Shown piece by piece: positions 17,898 through 27,155 of a stretch of DNA of 64,000 nt. The notes beneath the pieces were generated by a model that was given only the letters and a program-made list of their open reading frames with translations, ran no database searches and was not told the origin of the DNA. Position numbers and translations under genes: made by a program. The DNA lies in NCBI GenBank assembly GCA_963720315.1, contig CAVRFC010000005.1, positions 863,437 to 927,436 of the forward strand, written 5' to 3'. The DNA comes from an uncultured Chloroflexia bacterium. GTDB lineage: Bacteria > Chloroflexota > Limnocylindria > Limnocylindrales > CSP1-4. Every line of letters starts with the position of its first letter. Position 1 is the stretch's first letter.

Positions 17898-19565
17898 ATG
17901 CGAAACATCCGAGTCGCCGATCCTCGGGATCGCGTCCTCGCCGACCCGAATCCCCCGATCCCGACCCGGCGCTCTCGCGGCTCTCGCGCTCGCGACATCA
18001 TTCTCACGATCCCAATCGCGCTCCTCCTTCCCGCGATCGTCCTCTTGTCCGCCCCAACGGCCGCCAGCGGCCCGACCCTGACTGCAACCCCAACGACGAT
18101 CGCGGCCGGCACGAAGGTGACCTTGCGCGCCGCAAGCTTCCCCGCTGGCAGTGACGGCATGATCGTCCTCGACGACGGCGCGGAGGAGCTGGCCCTGTAT
18201 CGCGTCAACGGCAAGGGCAAGTTCCGCGTGGCGGTCGTCATGCCGGTCGCCGTCGCGCCCGGAAAGCACACGGTGCGAGCCCAGTCGGGCTCGGTGACGG
18301 TTGCCGAGCTCGTGGTCACCGTGACCTCCGAAAATGCGGAGCCGACTCCGGTCCCGACACCCAACCCGACCCCGGTCGTGACGCCTCCCCCGACGCCTGC
18401 TCCCACGCCTGCTCCCACGCCGGCACCGACGCCGGTCGTCACGCCTCCCCCGACGCCCGCCCCCACGCCGGCACCGACGGTCGCTCCCGTGCCCACGCCG
18501 ACCGCGACTCCGACTCCGACGCGAACACCAACCCCAACCGCCGCGCCGACGGCGACCCCCCAGCCGAGCTCGACTCCGGCACCGCTGCCGACCGCGACGC
18601 CCGCCCCGACCACCGGCCCGGCTCCGGCGAGCGGCACGATCCTCATCGACCGGGCGACGCTGATGTCCCTCCCGATGAGCGGCTCAGGGTGGCTCGCGCT
18701 CAAGGCGCGCGCCGATCTCCCGGTCGGTTCCCCAAACCTCTCCAACCAGGATGACCCGAACGACGTCACGGCCCTGGCCAAGGCGCTCGTGTACGCGCGG
18801 ACCGGCGTGGTCCGCTACCGCGATGAAACGATCACGATGCTCAAGGCGGCTGTCGGGACCGAGTATCCCGGCGACGCCCTCGGCATCGCCCGAGGTGTCG
18901 CGCCGCTCGTCCTGGCCGCAGACCTCGTCGGCTGGCGCGATCCCACCTGGATGAGCTGGCTCAGCAGGCTCCGAACCTGGGCGAACCCCGACCGTGGCTT
19001 CACCCTGATCAGCATGCATGACAAGCGCCCGAACAACTGGGGGGCCCACTCCGGTGCGGGTCGCATCGCGACCGACCTCTACCTCGGCGACATGGTCGAC
19101 CTCGCTCGCGCTGCGAAGGTGTTCAAGGGGTACCTCGGCGACCGGGCCTCGTACGCCTCGTTCACCTACGGCAGCGACCTTAGCTGGCAGGCGAGCGCGG
19201 TTTCGCCCGTCGGCATCAATCCGGCCGGCGGGACACTTGACGGGATCATGCCGGACGACATGCGCCGCGGCGGCCCGAGCCCGGAAGTCGGCGATCTCGG
19301 CCAGAGCTATACCTGGGAGGCCCTCCAGGGCACCCTGCTCCAGGCGGAGCTCCTCTCCCGCAACGGCTACCCGGCCTGGGACTGGCAGAACCAGGCCATC
19401 CTGCGGGCGTTCTACCGCATCAACGCCCTCGGCTACCCGGCCGTCGGTGACGACCGCTGGCAGCCGTGGCTCATCAACCGCCGCTACGGCACCTCGTTCG
19501 CGGCGTCGACCAGCACGACCGCGGGCAAGAGTTTCGGCTACACCGACTGGCTCTTCGCGAGGTAG
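17898..19565 (+). CDS. Secreted Ig-like + long Pro/Thr linker + polysaccharide-lyase-like domain (paralog 2)
   Basis: Signal anchor [19 protein letters not shown]; about 100 aa of PT-rich linker; [16 protein letters not shown] and the rest colinear with 7788..9680 (e.g. [33 protein letters not shown]). Confidence 0.8.
   Translation: MRNIRVADPRDRVLADPNPPIPTRRSRGSRARDIILTIPIALLLPAIVLLSAPTAASGPTLTATPTTIAAGTKVTLRAASFPAGSDGMIVLDDGAEELALYRVNGKGKFRVAVVMPVAVAPGKHTVRAQSGSVTVAELVVTVTSENAEPTPVPTPNPTPVVTPPPTPAPTPAPTPAPTPVVTPPPTPAPTPAPTVAPVPTPTATPTPTRTPTPTAAPTATPQPSSTPAPLPTATPAPTTGPAPASGTILIDRATLMSLPMSGSGWLALKARADLPVGSPNLSNQDDPNDVTALAKALVYARTGVVRYRDETITMLKAAVGTEYPGDALGIARGVAPLVLAADLVGWRDPTWMSWLSRLRTWANPDRGFTLISMHDKRPNNWGAHSGAGRIATDLYLGDMVDLARAAKVFKGYLGDRASYASFTYGSDLSWQASAVSPVGINPAGGTLDGIMPDDMRRGGPSPEVGDLGQSYTWEALQGTLLQAELLSRNGYPAWDWQNQAILRAFYRINALGYPAVGDDRWQPWLINRRYGTSFAASTSTTAGKSFGYTDWLFAR
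18372..18479 (+). repeat. Imperfect tandem duplication (60 + 48 nt) inside the Pro/Thr linker coding region
   Basis: CCGGTCGTGACGCCTCCCCCGACGCC... recurs as CCGGTCGTCACGCCTCCCCCGACGCC..., encoding [16 protein letters not shown] twice. Confidence 0.6.
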
Positions 19566-19719
19566 GCTCGCGGCCGCCCGCCCAAGCTCCATCCAAGCGG
19601 CTCCGTTGCCAGTCGGCAACGGAGCCGCTCCCGTTGTAATGCCAACATCGGCAGGCCTCGGCTACCATCAGGTTCCCCAGTACTCATCCTCCCGCGCTCT
19701 CCTTTCGGGGGTTGACTCC

Positions 19720-22714
19720 ATGCCGAAGTCTCGCCGCGCCTCTTCCCGCGCCCTCGTCCGCTGGCTCTCCGGCCTTGTCGGCATCGTCGTCCTGGCCTCG
19801 CTGGCCTCGGCGCTCGTCGGCAGCGTCGCCGCTGCGACCCCGGTCACCGCCGGCTGGCGCGACGACGTCCAGTACGGCGATCCAGCCGCGCCCGGCGGCG
19901 ACGACGTCACCGCCAACCGGAGCCAGAGCAAGCTCTGGACGAACGACGGCTTCTGGTTCGGGATCAGGTTCGACCCGGCCACAACACCGGCCGCCAAGTT
20001 CCGGATCTGGCGCCTCAACATGGCGACGCAGAACTGGACGAACACCAGCGTCGCCGTCGATGACCGCAATCGCTCGCACGCCGACGTGCTCCCGGACGGC
20101 AACCTCGTCTACGTCGCCTCGGCTCGGGCGGAGGGTGCCGCCGGAACCGTCGGCCGCGACCTCCGCATCTACAAGTACACGTACAACACCGTTTCGAACA
20201 CCTACGCAATCGTCGCCGGCTTCCCGAAGCTCATCCCGGGGACGGCTGCCGGGACCGGGTTCTCAACGATCGCCAGGGACGGCAACGGCGACTTGTGGGT
20301 CGCGTTTACCCAGGCGAACCGGGTCCGGATCTCGACCTCGACCGATAACGGCGTCACCTGGAGTGCGCCCTTCGACCTGCCCAACATGGGCAACAACATC
20401 ACCGCCAACGACACCGCCGCGATCGCGAATCTGAACGGCGGCGTGGGCGTCCTCTGGTCCAACCAGGCGGCGACCGATGACACGTTCTACTTCGTCGCCC
20501 ATGCCAGCGTCGACCCGGCCGGCACCTGGAAGGCCACGCGAGTCGGCGTTCGGGAGTGACGGAGCCCGTATGACGCCGACGGCCACATCAGCGTCAAGAC
20601 GGACGCGGCCGGGAATATCCTGGCCGCCGTCAAGACGAACCGCAACGATGACCCTCCCCCGAACGGGGGCGATCCGCTGATCACCGTCTTGAAGCGGGCC
20701 GGCTCGGCCGGAACGCCCGGCTCGTGGGCGTCTCACCCCGTGACGACAGTCACGGTCGGTGGCACCCGGCCGATCCTCGTGATCGACGATGCGGCGGGCC
20801 AGGCCAACGTCTTCCTGACCAGTCCCGAGCAGGCCGCGGACGGCGCGCAGGGGATCTACCGCCGGACGGCCCCGCTCGCGACGCTGAACTTCGGGGCGCC
20901 CTCGATCGGGACGGCCTTCATCAAGAGCGTCACCGAAGTTGCGATCAACGACGCGACCTCGATGAAGGCGAGGACAACGGCGGCGACGGGGATCCTCGTC
21001 GAGGCGACGAACATCCCGACTCGCCACTACCTCCACAACTGCGTCGGCGGTCCATGCCCCGCCCGGCCCGTTGCGAACTTCACGGGGACCCCGACGAGCG
21101 GCCTCAAGCCGCTCAACGTCCAGTTCACCGACACGTCGACGAACGTGCCGACCAGTTGGACGTGGAACTTCGGCGACGGCACTCCGACGTCGGCGCTGAA
21201 GAACCCCAGCCATGTCTACGCGAATGCCGGGAGTTACACCGTCACCCTGACGGCCACGAACGTCGCCGGCAGTGACATCGAGACGAAGACGAACTACATC
21301 ACCGTCTCGAACCCGCTGCCGCCTGTCGCCAACTTCTCAGGAACCCCGAGGAACGGCACAGCGCCGCTCACGGTCCAGTTCACTGATACCTCCACGAACG
21401 CACCGACCAGCTGGGCGTGGGACTTCGACAACAACGGCACCGTTGACTCGACCGCCAAGAACCCCGGCCACGTTTACGCGAACCCAGGCACGTACGGCGT
21501 CAAGCTGACCGTGTCGAACAGCCTTGGCAGCGACGTCGAGACGAAGACGGGCTACATCACCGTCGCAGCAGCCGCCCGAGACGGTCTACAAGTCGTTGAC
21601 GCCTCCCGTCCGTGTCCTCGACACCCGGCCGGGGATCAACAAGGGCCTCGCCGGCGCTTTCCACGCGAACCAGCCGCGCACGCTCAGCATTGCCGGCGCC
21701 AATGGCATCCCGGCTAATGCCATCGCGATCACTGGCAATCTGACCGTGGTTGGCCAGACCCGGGCCGGCTACATCTCGATCACGAAGACCCCGATTGTGA
21801 ACCCGGCTTCGTCAGTCCTGAACTTCCCGACCGGCGACACCCGGGCGAACGGTGTGACCGTCCCACTCAACGGCAACGGCGACCTCGCGATCGTCTACAA
21901 GGCGCCAAACGGTTCCACCGCCCACGTCCTGCTCGACGTGACCGGCTACTTCCGGGTGGCCACGGACGGCACGACGTTCTTTGAGAGGGCGCCGGTCCGG
22001 TTCCTCGATAGCCGCTTCGGGATCGGCCTGTCGGGCGCATTCCAGCCAAACGCCCCGCGGACGCTCAGCATCGCAGGGGCGAGGAACATCCCGGCGGCCG
22101 CCCGGGCGATCACCGGCAACCTGACGGTCGTCGGCCAGACCCGGGCTGGCTATCTCTCGATCACGCCGAACCCCACCGCGAACCCCACGACGTCAACGCT
22201 CAACTTCCCGCTCGGCGATACCCGGGCGAACGGCGTGACCGTCCCGCTCAATGGAAACGGGGACTTGTCCATCGTCTACAAGGCATCGGGTGGCTCGACC
22301 CACGTCCTCCTCGACGTGACTGGCTATTTCCTCGACGGCACAACCGGGATGACGTTCGTCCCGGTCGACGGGTCGCGGATCCTCGATACGCGCTTCGGAG
22401 TCGGCCTCTCGAGCCAGTTCTCGGCGAACCTGCCGCGGACGTGGGTCGTGGCCAACCGGGGCGGCGTGGGTAGCGATGCCAAGGCGATCATAGGCAACGT
22501 CACGGTCGTGGGCCAGACCAAGGCGGGCTACGTCTCGCTGACGCCGACGCCACAGGCCAGCCCAACGACGTCCACGATCAACTTCCCGCTCGGTGACACG
22601 CGGGCCAACAACTTCACGATCGATCTCGGTGGGACCTCCCTCAGCGGGGTCTACAAGGCCCCGAACGGCAACAAGACCCACCTCATCGTGGACGTCTTCG
22701 GCTACTACAAGTAG
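19720..22714 (+). pseudogene. Giant surface protein: BNR/sialidase-like propeller + 2 PKD domains + 3 copies of the GNLTVV...TGYF repeat; interrupted by an in-frame TGA (20557-20559) and a frameshift (~21575)
   Basis: Signal anchor at 19720. SKLWTNDGFWFG motif and Asp-box STDNGVTWS. The sequence after the TGA continues in the same frame (RSPYDADGHISVKTDAAGNILAAVKT), colinear with the paralog at 48.9-51.7 kb. PKD motifs (WTWNFGDG, WAWDFDNNG). The repeat region lies in the frame of ORF 21524..22714. Confidence 0.8.
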
Positions 22715-22729
22715 CGGGGACGCTCACCG

Positions 22730-22758
22730 GGTCGCGGCTCCCGGCGTGGGAGCCGCGA
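22730..22758 (+). terminator. Stem-loop 16 nt after the stop of the giant gene
   Basis: GTCGCGGCTCCC-GGCG-T-GGGAGCCGCGAC, a 12-bp perfect stem. Its 3' arm overlaps the left 29-bp direct repeat. Confidence 0.55.
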
Positions 22759-22779
22759 CGACATCCCCATCGGCATCGA
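22751..22779 (+). repeat. Left copy of a perfect 29-bp direct repeat GCCGCGACGACATCCCCATCGGCATCGAC
   Basis: Identical string at 24388..24416. The two copies bracket a lower-GC 1.6-kb segment. Confidence 0.9.
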
Positions 22780-22916
22780 CGACCACCAGTTCCCCAGCCT
22801 TGACAGGGTCGGTTCCTGGTACCAACCGCGGGTACCAAATCGGGGCGGACAGGCCCGGACGCTCGATGCTCCAGCGGGCAAACCAAGACGGGAAGGCGAC
22901 GGTCGCCGAGTAGTGT

Positions 22917-23561
22917 TTGCCGACCATGGATATCTCGGATATCCCGCGGATCAAGGGACCGCTCAGGTGGGTCGCCTACATCGGCGTGCTGATCATGATG
23001 GGCGGGCTCGCGGTATTCGCATTCGGGCTGCTGTCGATGATCGGGAGTTTCGACCGCGAAAACATCCCCTCCGGCTTTCCGCCCTATGCCATCTATGGTT
23101 TCGGCGTTGCTGCCTTCGGCGCAATCCTCGTGACGATTGCCCTGGCAATTGGCCCGAAGGAGAGCGAGTACAACATGTACGGAGACGTCATACACGGTGA
23201 CGTCATTCGCGACGTGCACGGCAACGTCATCACTCGCCCCAGTGGGCCTGTCGATGCCCGCTACTACGTCATCAACCAGCAGCGCACGTATGTTGGCCAG
23301 ATCGACGTGGCGGTTCGTTCTCTACCGCTGACCCAACCCACAAGGCGCAATGCCGAAGCAGCGATCGACGATGTGAAGCAGTCGGTGGAAAAGCAAAATC
23401 CGCACGAGATTGCCAACGCGCTGGTTCGGCTAACCTCGATCCTGAACGAGGCCGGAGCGCTCGCGACGTCGGCAGATGCGGCGTCTCGGGCCATCGTCGG
23501 TCTAGCTCAGACGCTGGGCGGGTACGGGCAGTCCCTGGTGCAGTGGTTTTCAGCGTTCTGA
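22917..23561 (+). CDS. Hypothetical membrane protein (2 TM helices, GDVIHGDVIRDVHGNVI short repeats, helical C-terminus)
   Basis: ATG-initiated 214-aa ORF with two clear hydrophobic helices and visibly lower GC than its surroundings. No family recognised. Confidence 0.55.
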   Translation: MPTMDISDIPRIKGPLRWVAYIGVLIMMGGLAVFAFGLLSMIGSFDRENIPSGFPPYAIYGFGVAAFGAILVTIALAIGPKESEYNMYGDVIHGDVIRDVHGNVITRPSGPVDARYYVINQQRTYVGQIDVAVRSLPLTQPTRRNAEAAIDDVKQSVEKQNPHEIANALVRLTSILNEAGALATSADAASRAIVGLAQTLGGYGQSLVQWFSAF

Positions 23562-23620
23562 TGACTTAGAGGCGCTAGCGCCGACGCGCCTCGATCCACT
23601 CAGCCGTCGCCTGGAGAGCG

Positions 23621-24375
23621 ATGATGGTCGACAAGACCTGTCCGAACTGCTTGTCGCTGGTTCCGGCTTTCAACGACCACTGCTATACGTGTGGGTACGA
23701 CTTCCCGGACGTCGCCCCCGATGAGACGCTGGCGAGCGCTGCCAACATGCCACCTCCGAGCGTGACGGTTGGGGGGCGCGTTCCGCCGCATGACGGCGCA
23801 CAGTCACGCGACAACGCCCGCCCAGGCGTCGTCACCGCCGCCGTCGCCGTGACCCTGTGGATGGGACTGGGCAACACGATCGGGGGCCTCGGCCACATCC
23901 AAGGTGTGGTCGAGACGGCCACGAGACGGGGCTATCCCTACGATTTCCGATACGCAGGGCTGCTCATCGTCGGGATCACGATCGCTACGTGGGCGTGTTA
24001 TGCCTCTGGGCGGTGCGCGGTCTCGCGCGCGGCGAACGACCTGCGTGGGACCGCGCGCTGAGCGGCACGATCCTGCTGCTCCTCGTCGCTGTACCGCTCA
24101 TTCCCGTCGAGCCGGACAATGCGGTCCTCCAGGCCGCGGTCCCGGGGACAGTGAGCCTGATCGTCCTGTTGGCAGCGCGGCCTCGACTCGGGACATTCAC
24201 GCCTTCGGCTTCGGACAACGAGCCGCAGCTGGTGCCCATCGGGGAATGGGACCCTGAGCTGCGGATCTGTCCGTGGTGCGGGAAGAAAGTCGCGGCGGAT
24301 CGCAAGTCACGCTGCAATCACTGCGGTGAACTCCTCGCCGCGCGATCGTCGCAGCCCCCGGTGAGCCACAGCTAA
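23621..24375 (+). CDS. Hypothetical membrane protein with N- and C-terminal zinc ribbons, apparently split between two frames (23621..24061, then ~24000..24375)
   Basis: CPNC...CYTC at the N-terminus, TM helices in the middle, CPWCGKKVAADRKSRCNHC at the C-terminus of the second frame. The junction near 23990-24010 is inferred, not proven. Confidence 0.45.
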
Positions 24376-25913
24376 CCGGCCGGCTGCGCCGCGACGACAT
24401 CCCCATCGGCATCGACTGTGTCGCCGCCCTCCGTCGCTGTCGCGTCGTCCTCGTCCATCGCCTGGAGAATCACTGTGGCGGCCGCGCCGCCGAGGGCCAG
24501 GATCAGCCAGAAATAGCGGGCGTACGAGAGGTGGAGGAAGAGCCCGCTGGCGAGGTAGCCGACGAGCGCCAGCATGAAGCCGGCGGCCATCGCCGCCAGG
24601 TCCGGCCGACGGCTCAACGCACGGGTCCGAGCGCGGGCGAGCTGGACCAGCGTTGCGACGACCGCTCCGAGGAACATCGTCAGCCCGAGGATCCCGGTCT
24701 CAGCAGCGAGGCCGAGATAGAGGTTGTGGGCTTCGCGGTCGGCCGCCCGGACGCTGACCCCGATCTCGTCGGCGTAGTCGCGGTAGTAAGCGGGAAACTG
24801 GCCCGGACCGACACCGAGGATCGGGTGGTCGGCGAACACTCGCAGGGCGGTCAGGTTCTCGGTCGCCCGGCTCAGCAGCGAGTTGTCGGTCTCTGAGGCA
24901 GCAGGCTCGTCGGACAACAGCGCCCCGAGGTCGGCGAGGCTGGCTAGGCGTGCCCCGTAGGCGGGGACGGCGATGAGGACGACCGCGATCAACGCGGCGG
25001 CCGCGACGAGGTGGCCGACCCGGATATAGCGGAGCGCGACCATCGCGACGAGGATGAGCCCCGCGGCCAGTGCCGCTCCCCGCGAGAACGTCAGCGCAGT
25101 CGCGATCGCCGCGAGGAGGGCGCAGCCCAGCGCGGCCACCCGCAGCCAGCGTTGGCGCTCGCCGGTGAACTGCATGACGGCGAGCGGGATGAGCATCAGC
25201 ATGATCTGGGCATAGCGGTTCTTCTCGCCGATGGGGCCTGCGAGCCGGGCGATGCCCGTCTCCGTAACGCCGGTGGCGGCCGCCTCGGTCTGGGCGAACC
25301 CGAAATACGACGTGCCGTATGTCTCGGTGATCTCCTGGAAGAAGGAGAGCGCCCCGAGGGCGGCTCCGACAAGGAGGAGCACCCAGATCACCGCGCGCAT
25401 GAGCTCGGGCGAGCGGATCGTGTTCGTGATGAGCAGGTAGAGGCCGATCCCCTCGACAAAGAACGTGCCGAGCGACGCGGCCGCATCGCTCGGGTCGCGG
25501 GCGGTTAGCGTCGAGAGAATCTGGACCACGAGGAGACCCGCGATCCACGGCATGGCCGGCGTCAGCACGATCTTGTGGCGACGGATCAGGATGTCGTAGG
25601 CGAGCGGCGCGGCGAGGATGATCGGGACCGACGCGCCGATGGCCAGCGGCACGCTGTGGAACTGGACGAAGACGACCGGGGCATTGCTGTAGATGAGCCC
25701 GACCACGATCAGGACCGCGGCCTCCGGCCGAATCGCCACCACCGCCACGCCGAGCAGGGCGAGCACCCCCGCGATCGCGAGGACCGGCTCATACGCGGCG
25801 ACGATCCCGGCCGCGAGGCTGATCGCGATCGTCAGGATGAGTGCGGTGAGCAGCAGGATCGGTCGCGATCGGTCGCGAGGCGGAGCACCGATTTCCGGGG
25901 CTACCGCGCTCAT
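24372..25913 (-). CDS. O-antigen ligase/polymerase-like (Wzy_C family) polytopic membrane protein
   Basis: About 12 TM helices, a LTFSRGAALAAGLILV motif region typical of Wzy/WaaL-type proteins, and a large periplasmic loop. Start overlaps the GT2 stop by 4 nt. Confidence 0.8.
   Translation of the reverse strand: MSAVAPEIGAPPRDRSRPILLLTALILTIAISLAAGIVAAYEPVLAIAGVLALLGVAVVAIRPEAAVLIVVGLIYSNAPVVFVQFHSVPLAIGASVPIILAAPLAYDILIRRHKIVLTPAMPWIAGLLVVQILSTLTARDPSDAAASLGTFFVEGIGLYLLITNTIRSPELMRAVIWVLLLVGAALGALSFFQEITETYGTSYFGFAQTEAAATGVTETGIARLAGPIGEKNRYAQIMLMLIPLAVMQFTGERQRWLRVAALGCALLAAIATALTFSRGAALAAGLILVAMVALRYIRVGHLVAAAALIAVVLIAVPAYGARLASLADLGALLSDEPAASETDNSLLSRATENLTALRVFADHPILGVGPGQFPAYYRDYADEIGVSVRAADREAHNLYLGLAAETGILGLTMFLGAVVATLVQLARARTRALSRRPDLAAMAAGFMLALVGYLASGLFLHLSYARYFWLILALGGAAATVILQAMDEDDATATEGGDTVDADGDVVAAQPAG
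24388..24416 (+). repeat. Right copy of the perfect 29-bp direct repeat
   Basis: Identical to 22751..22779. Lies inside the last ~15 codons of the minus-strand O-antigen-ligase-like gene (encodes VDADGDVVAA). Confidence 0.9.
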
Positions 25914-27082
25914 CGGTCGACCGACCCGGGGTCGCTGCCGCTTCGCGTCGGCTCCCAGCGCTCAATCCGCTTCCCTCGCAGGACGTTGATCGCGGCGTGA
26001 AGTGAGGCGAGGTTGACCATCACGAAGAAGCTGCCCAGAGCGACCGGGCGCGACCGACCGATGCGGGACGCGGGCGCCAGGAGGCCGACCGCCGCCGCGG
26101 CGTAGCCGCCGAGCTGGAGGATCGCGAGCAAGCGATGGAGGGCGCTCTCCCGGGCGAGGCTGAGGCTCATCGCTCCGGCCAACAGCACCGGGACGGCCAT
26201 CAACCGCCGGAGGAGCTTGTGCCAGGCGAGCTGGATTGCATAGAAGCCGGTCCGCCGCGGGTCGAGGAGTGCCCGTCGCGCGGCCACGCCCCGGAAACCC
26301 CTGCTGATGATCCGGACCTTCCGGCCGTACTCCCTGCTCGTCGTCGCGGCCGGTGGCTCGTACGCGATCGCGTCAGGGGCGAACACGAGCCGCCTCCCCT
26401 GGTCGATGACCGCTGTCGAGGTGTAGAAGTCGTCGGTCACACCGGCGATGATCGTCGGGACCAGCGACCGGCGCAGGGCGTAGATCGCGCCGGTGGCTGA
26501 GACGGTACTGCCCGCGGCGCTTTCGGCGCGCTTCATCAGTCGATCGAAGTCCCAGTAGCTCCGCTCGCCCATCCCTGCGGTCGAGGGATCGTCGGAAGTG
26601 TAGACCTGGTTGCCCGCAACGCCGCCGACGCTCGGGTCGGCCAGCGGCCGGACGATCGCCCGCAAGGCATCCCGGGCGAACGCGCTGTTGGCGTCGGTGA
26701 AGACGACCACGTCGCCGGTCGCCCGTTCCACGGCCGCATTCAACGCGTCAGCTTTACCAACCCGTCCGAGATCGAGGACGGTGACCCGCCCGGATGAGGC
26801 GGCCCGTGCAATCGCCACGGTGTCATCCTCGGACCCGTCCGAGGCGACGATCACCTCGAGCAGGTTTGACGGGTAGTCGAGCGCGGCCAGGTTGGCAAGG
26901 CGATCTGCGATGCTGGCGGCCTCGTTTCGGGCGGCGATCACGACCGAGATGGACGGCTCGATCGCCGCCCTGCTGACCGGGCGCGGTCGGAGAGCCGCCC
27001 GAGCCAGGATCAGAAGCGGTGCGCCGGCGAAGGTGAACGAGATGAGGCCGGCGGAAGCCCAGAAGATGATGCGCCGGATCAC
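25910..27082 (-). CDS. Family 2 glycosyltransferase with C-terminal TM helices
   Basis: SVVIAARNEAASI, EVIVASDGSEDDT, VVFTDANSAF (DxD-type) and C-terminal hydrophobic helices. Confidence 0.9.
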   Translation of the reverse strand: MIRRIIFWASAGLISFTFAGAPLLILARAALRPRPVSRAAIEPSISVVIAARNEAASIADRLANLAALDYPSNLLEVIVASDGSEDDTVAIARAASSGRVTVLDLGRVGKADALNAAVERATGDVVVFTDANSAFARDALRAIVRPLADPSVGGVAGNQVYTSDDPSTAGMGERSYWDFDRLMKRAESAAGSTVSATGAIYALRRSLVPTIIAGVTDDFYTSTAVIDQGRRLVFAPDAIAYEPPAATTSREYGRKVRIISRGFRGVAARRALLDPRRTGFYAIQLAWHKLLRRLMAVPVLLAGAMSLSLARESALHRLLAILQLGGYAAAAVGLLAPASRIGRSRPVALGSFFVMVNLASLHAAINVLRGKRIERWEPTRSGSDPGSVDR

Positions 27083-27155
27083 GCCGTCGACGCTCCTCGG
27101 ACGGCGGTCGCCGGGCGGCCGGCGCCGCCGATGACGAGGGCGCGCACGTATCGAA

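Noticed and set aside
20557-20559. Selenocysteine or genetic-code reassignment at the in-frame TGA.
   Set aside because: TGA terminates many well-supported genes in this window (e.g. 11284-11286, 13517-13519, 48205-48207). I see no convincing SECIS-like hairpin immediately downstream, and the aligned paralog has no Cys at the corresponding loop.
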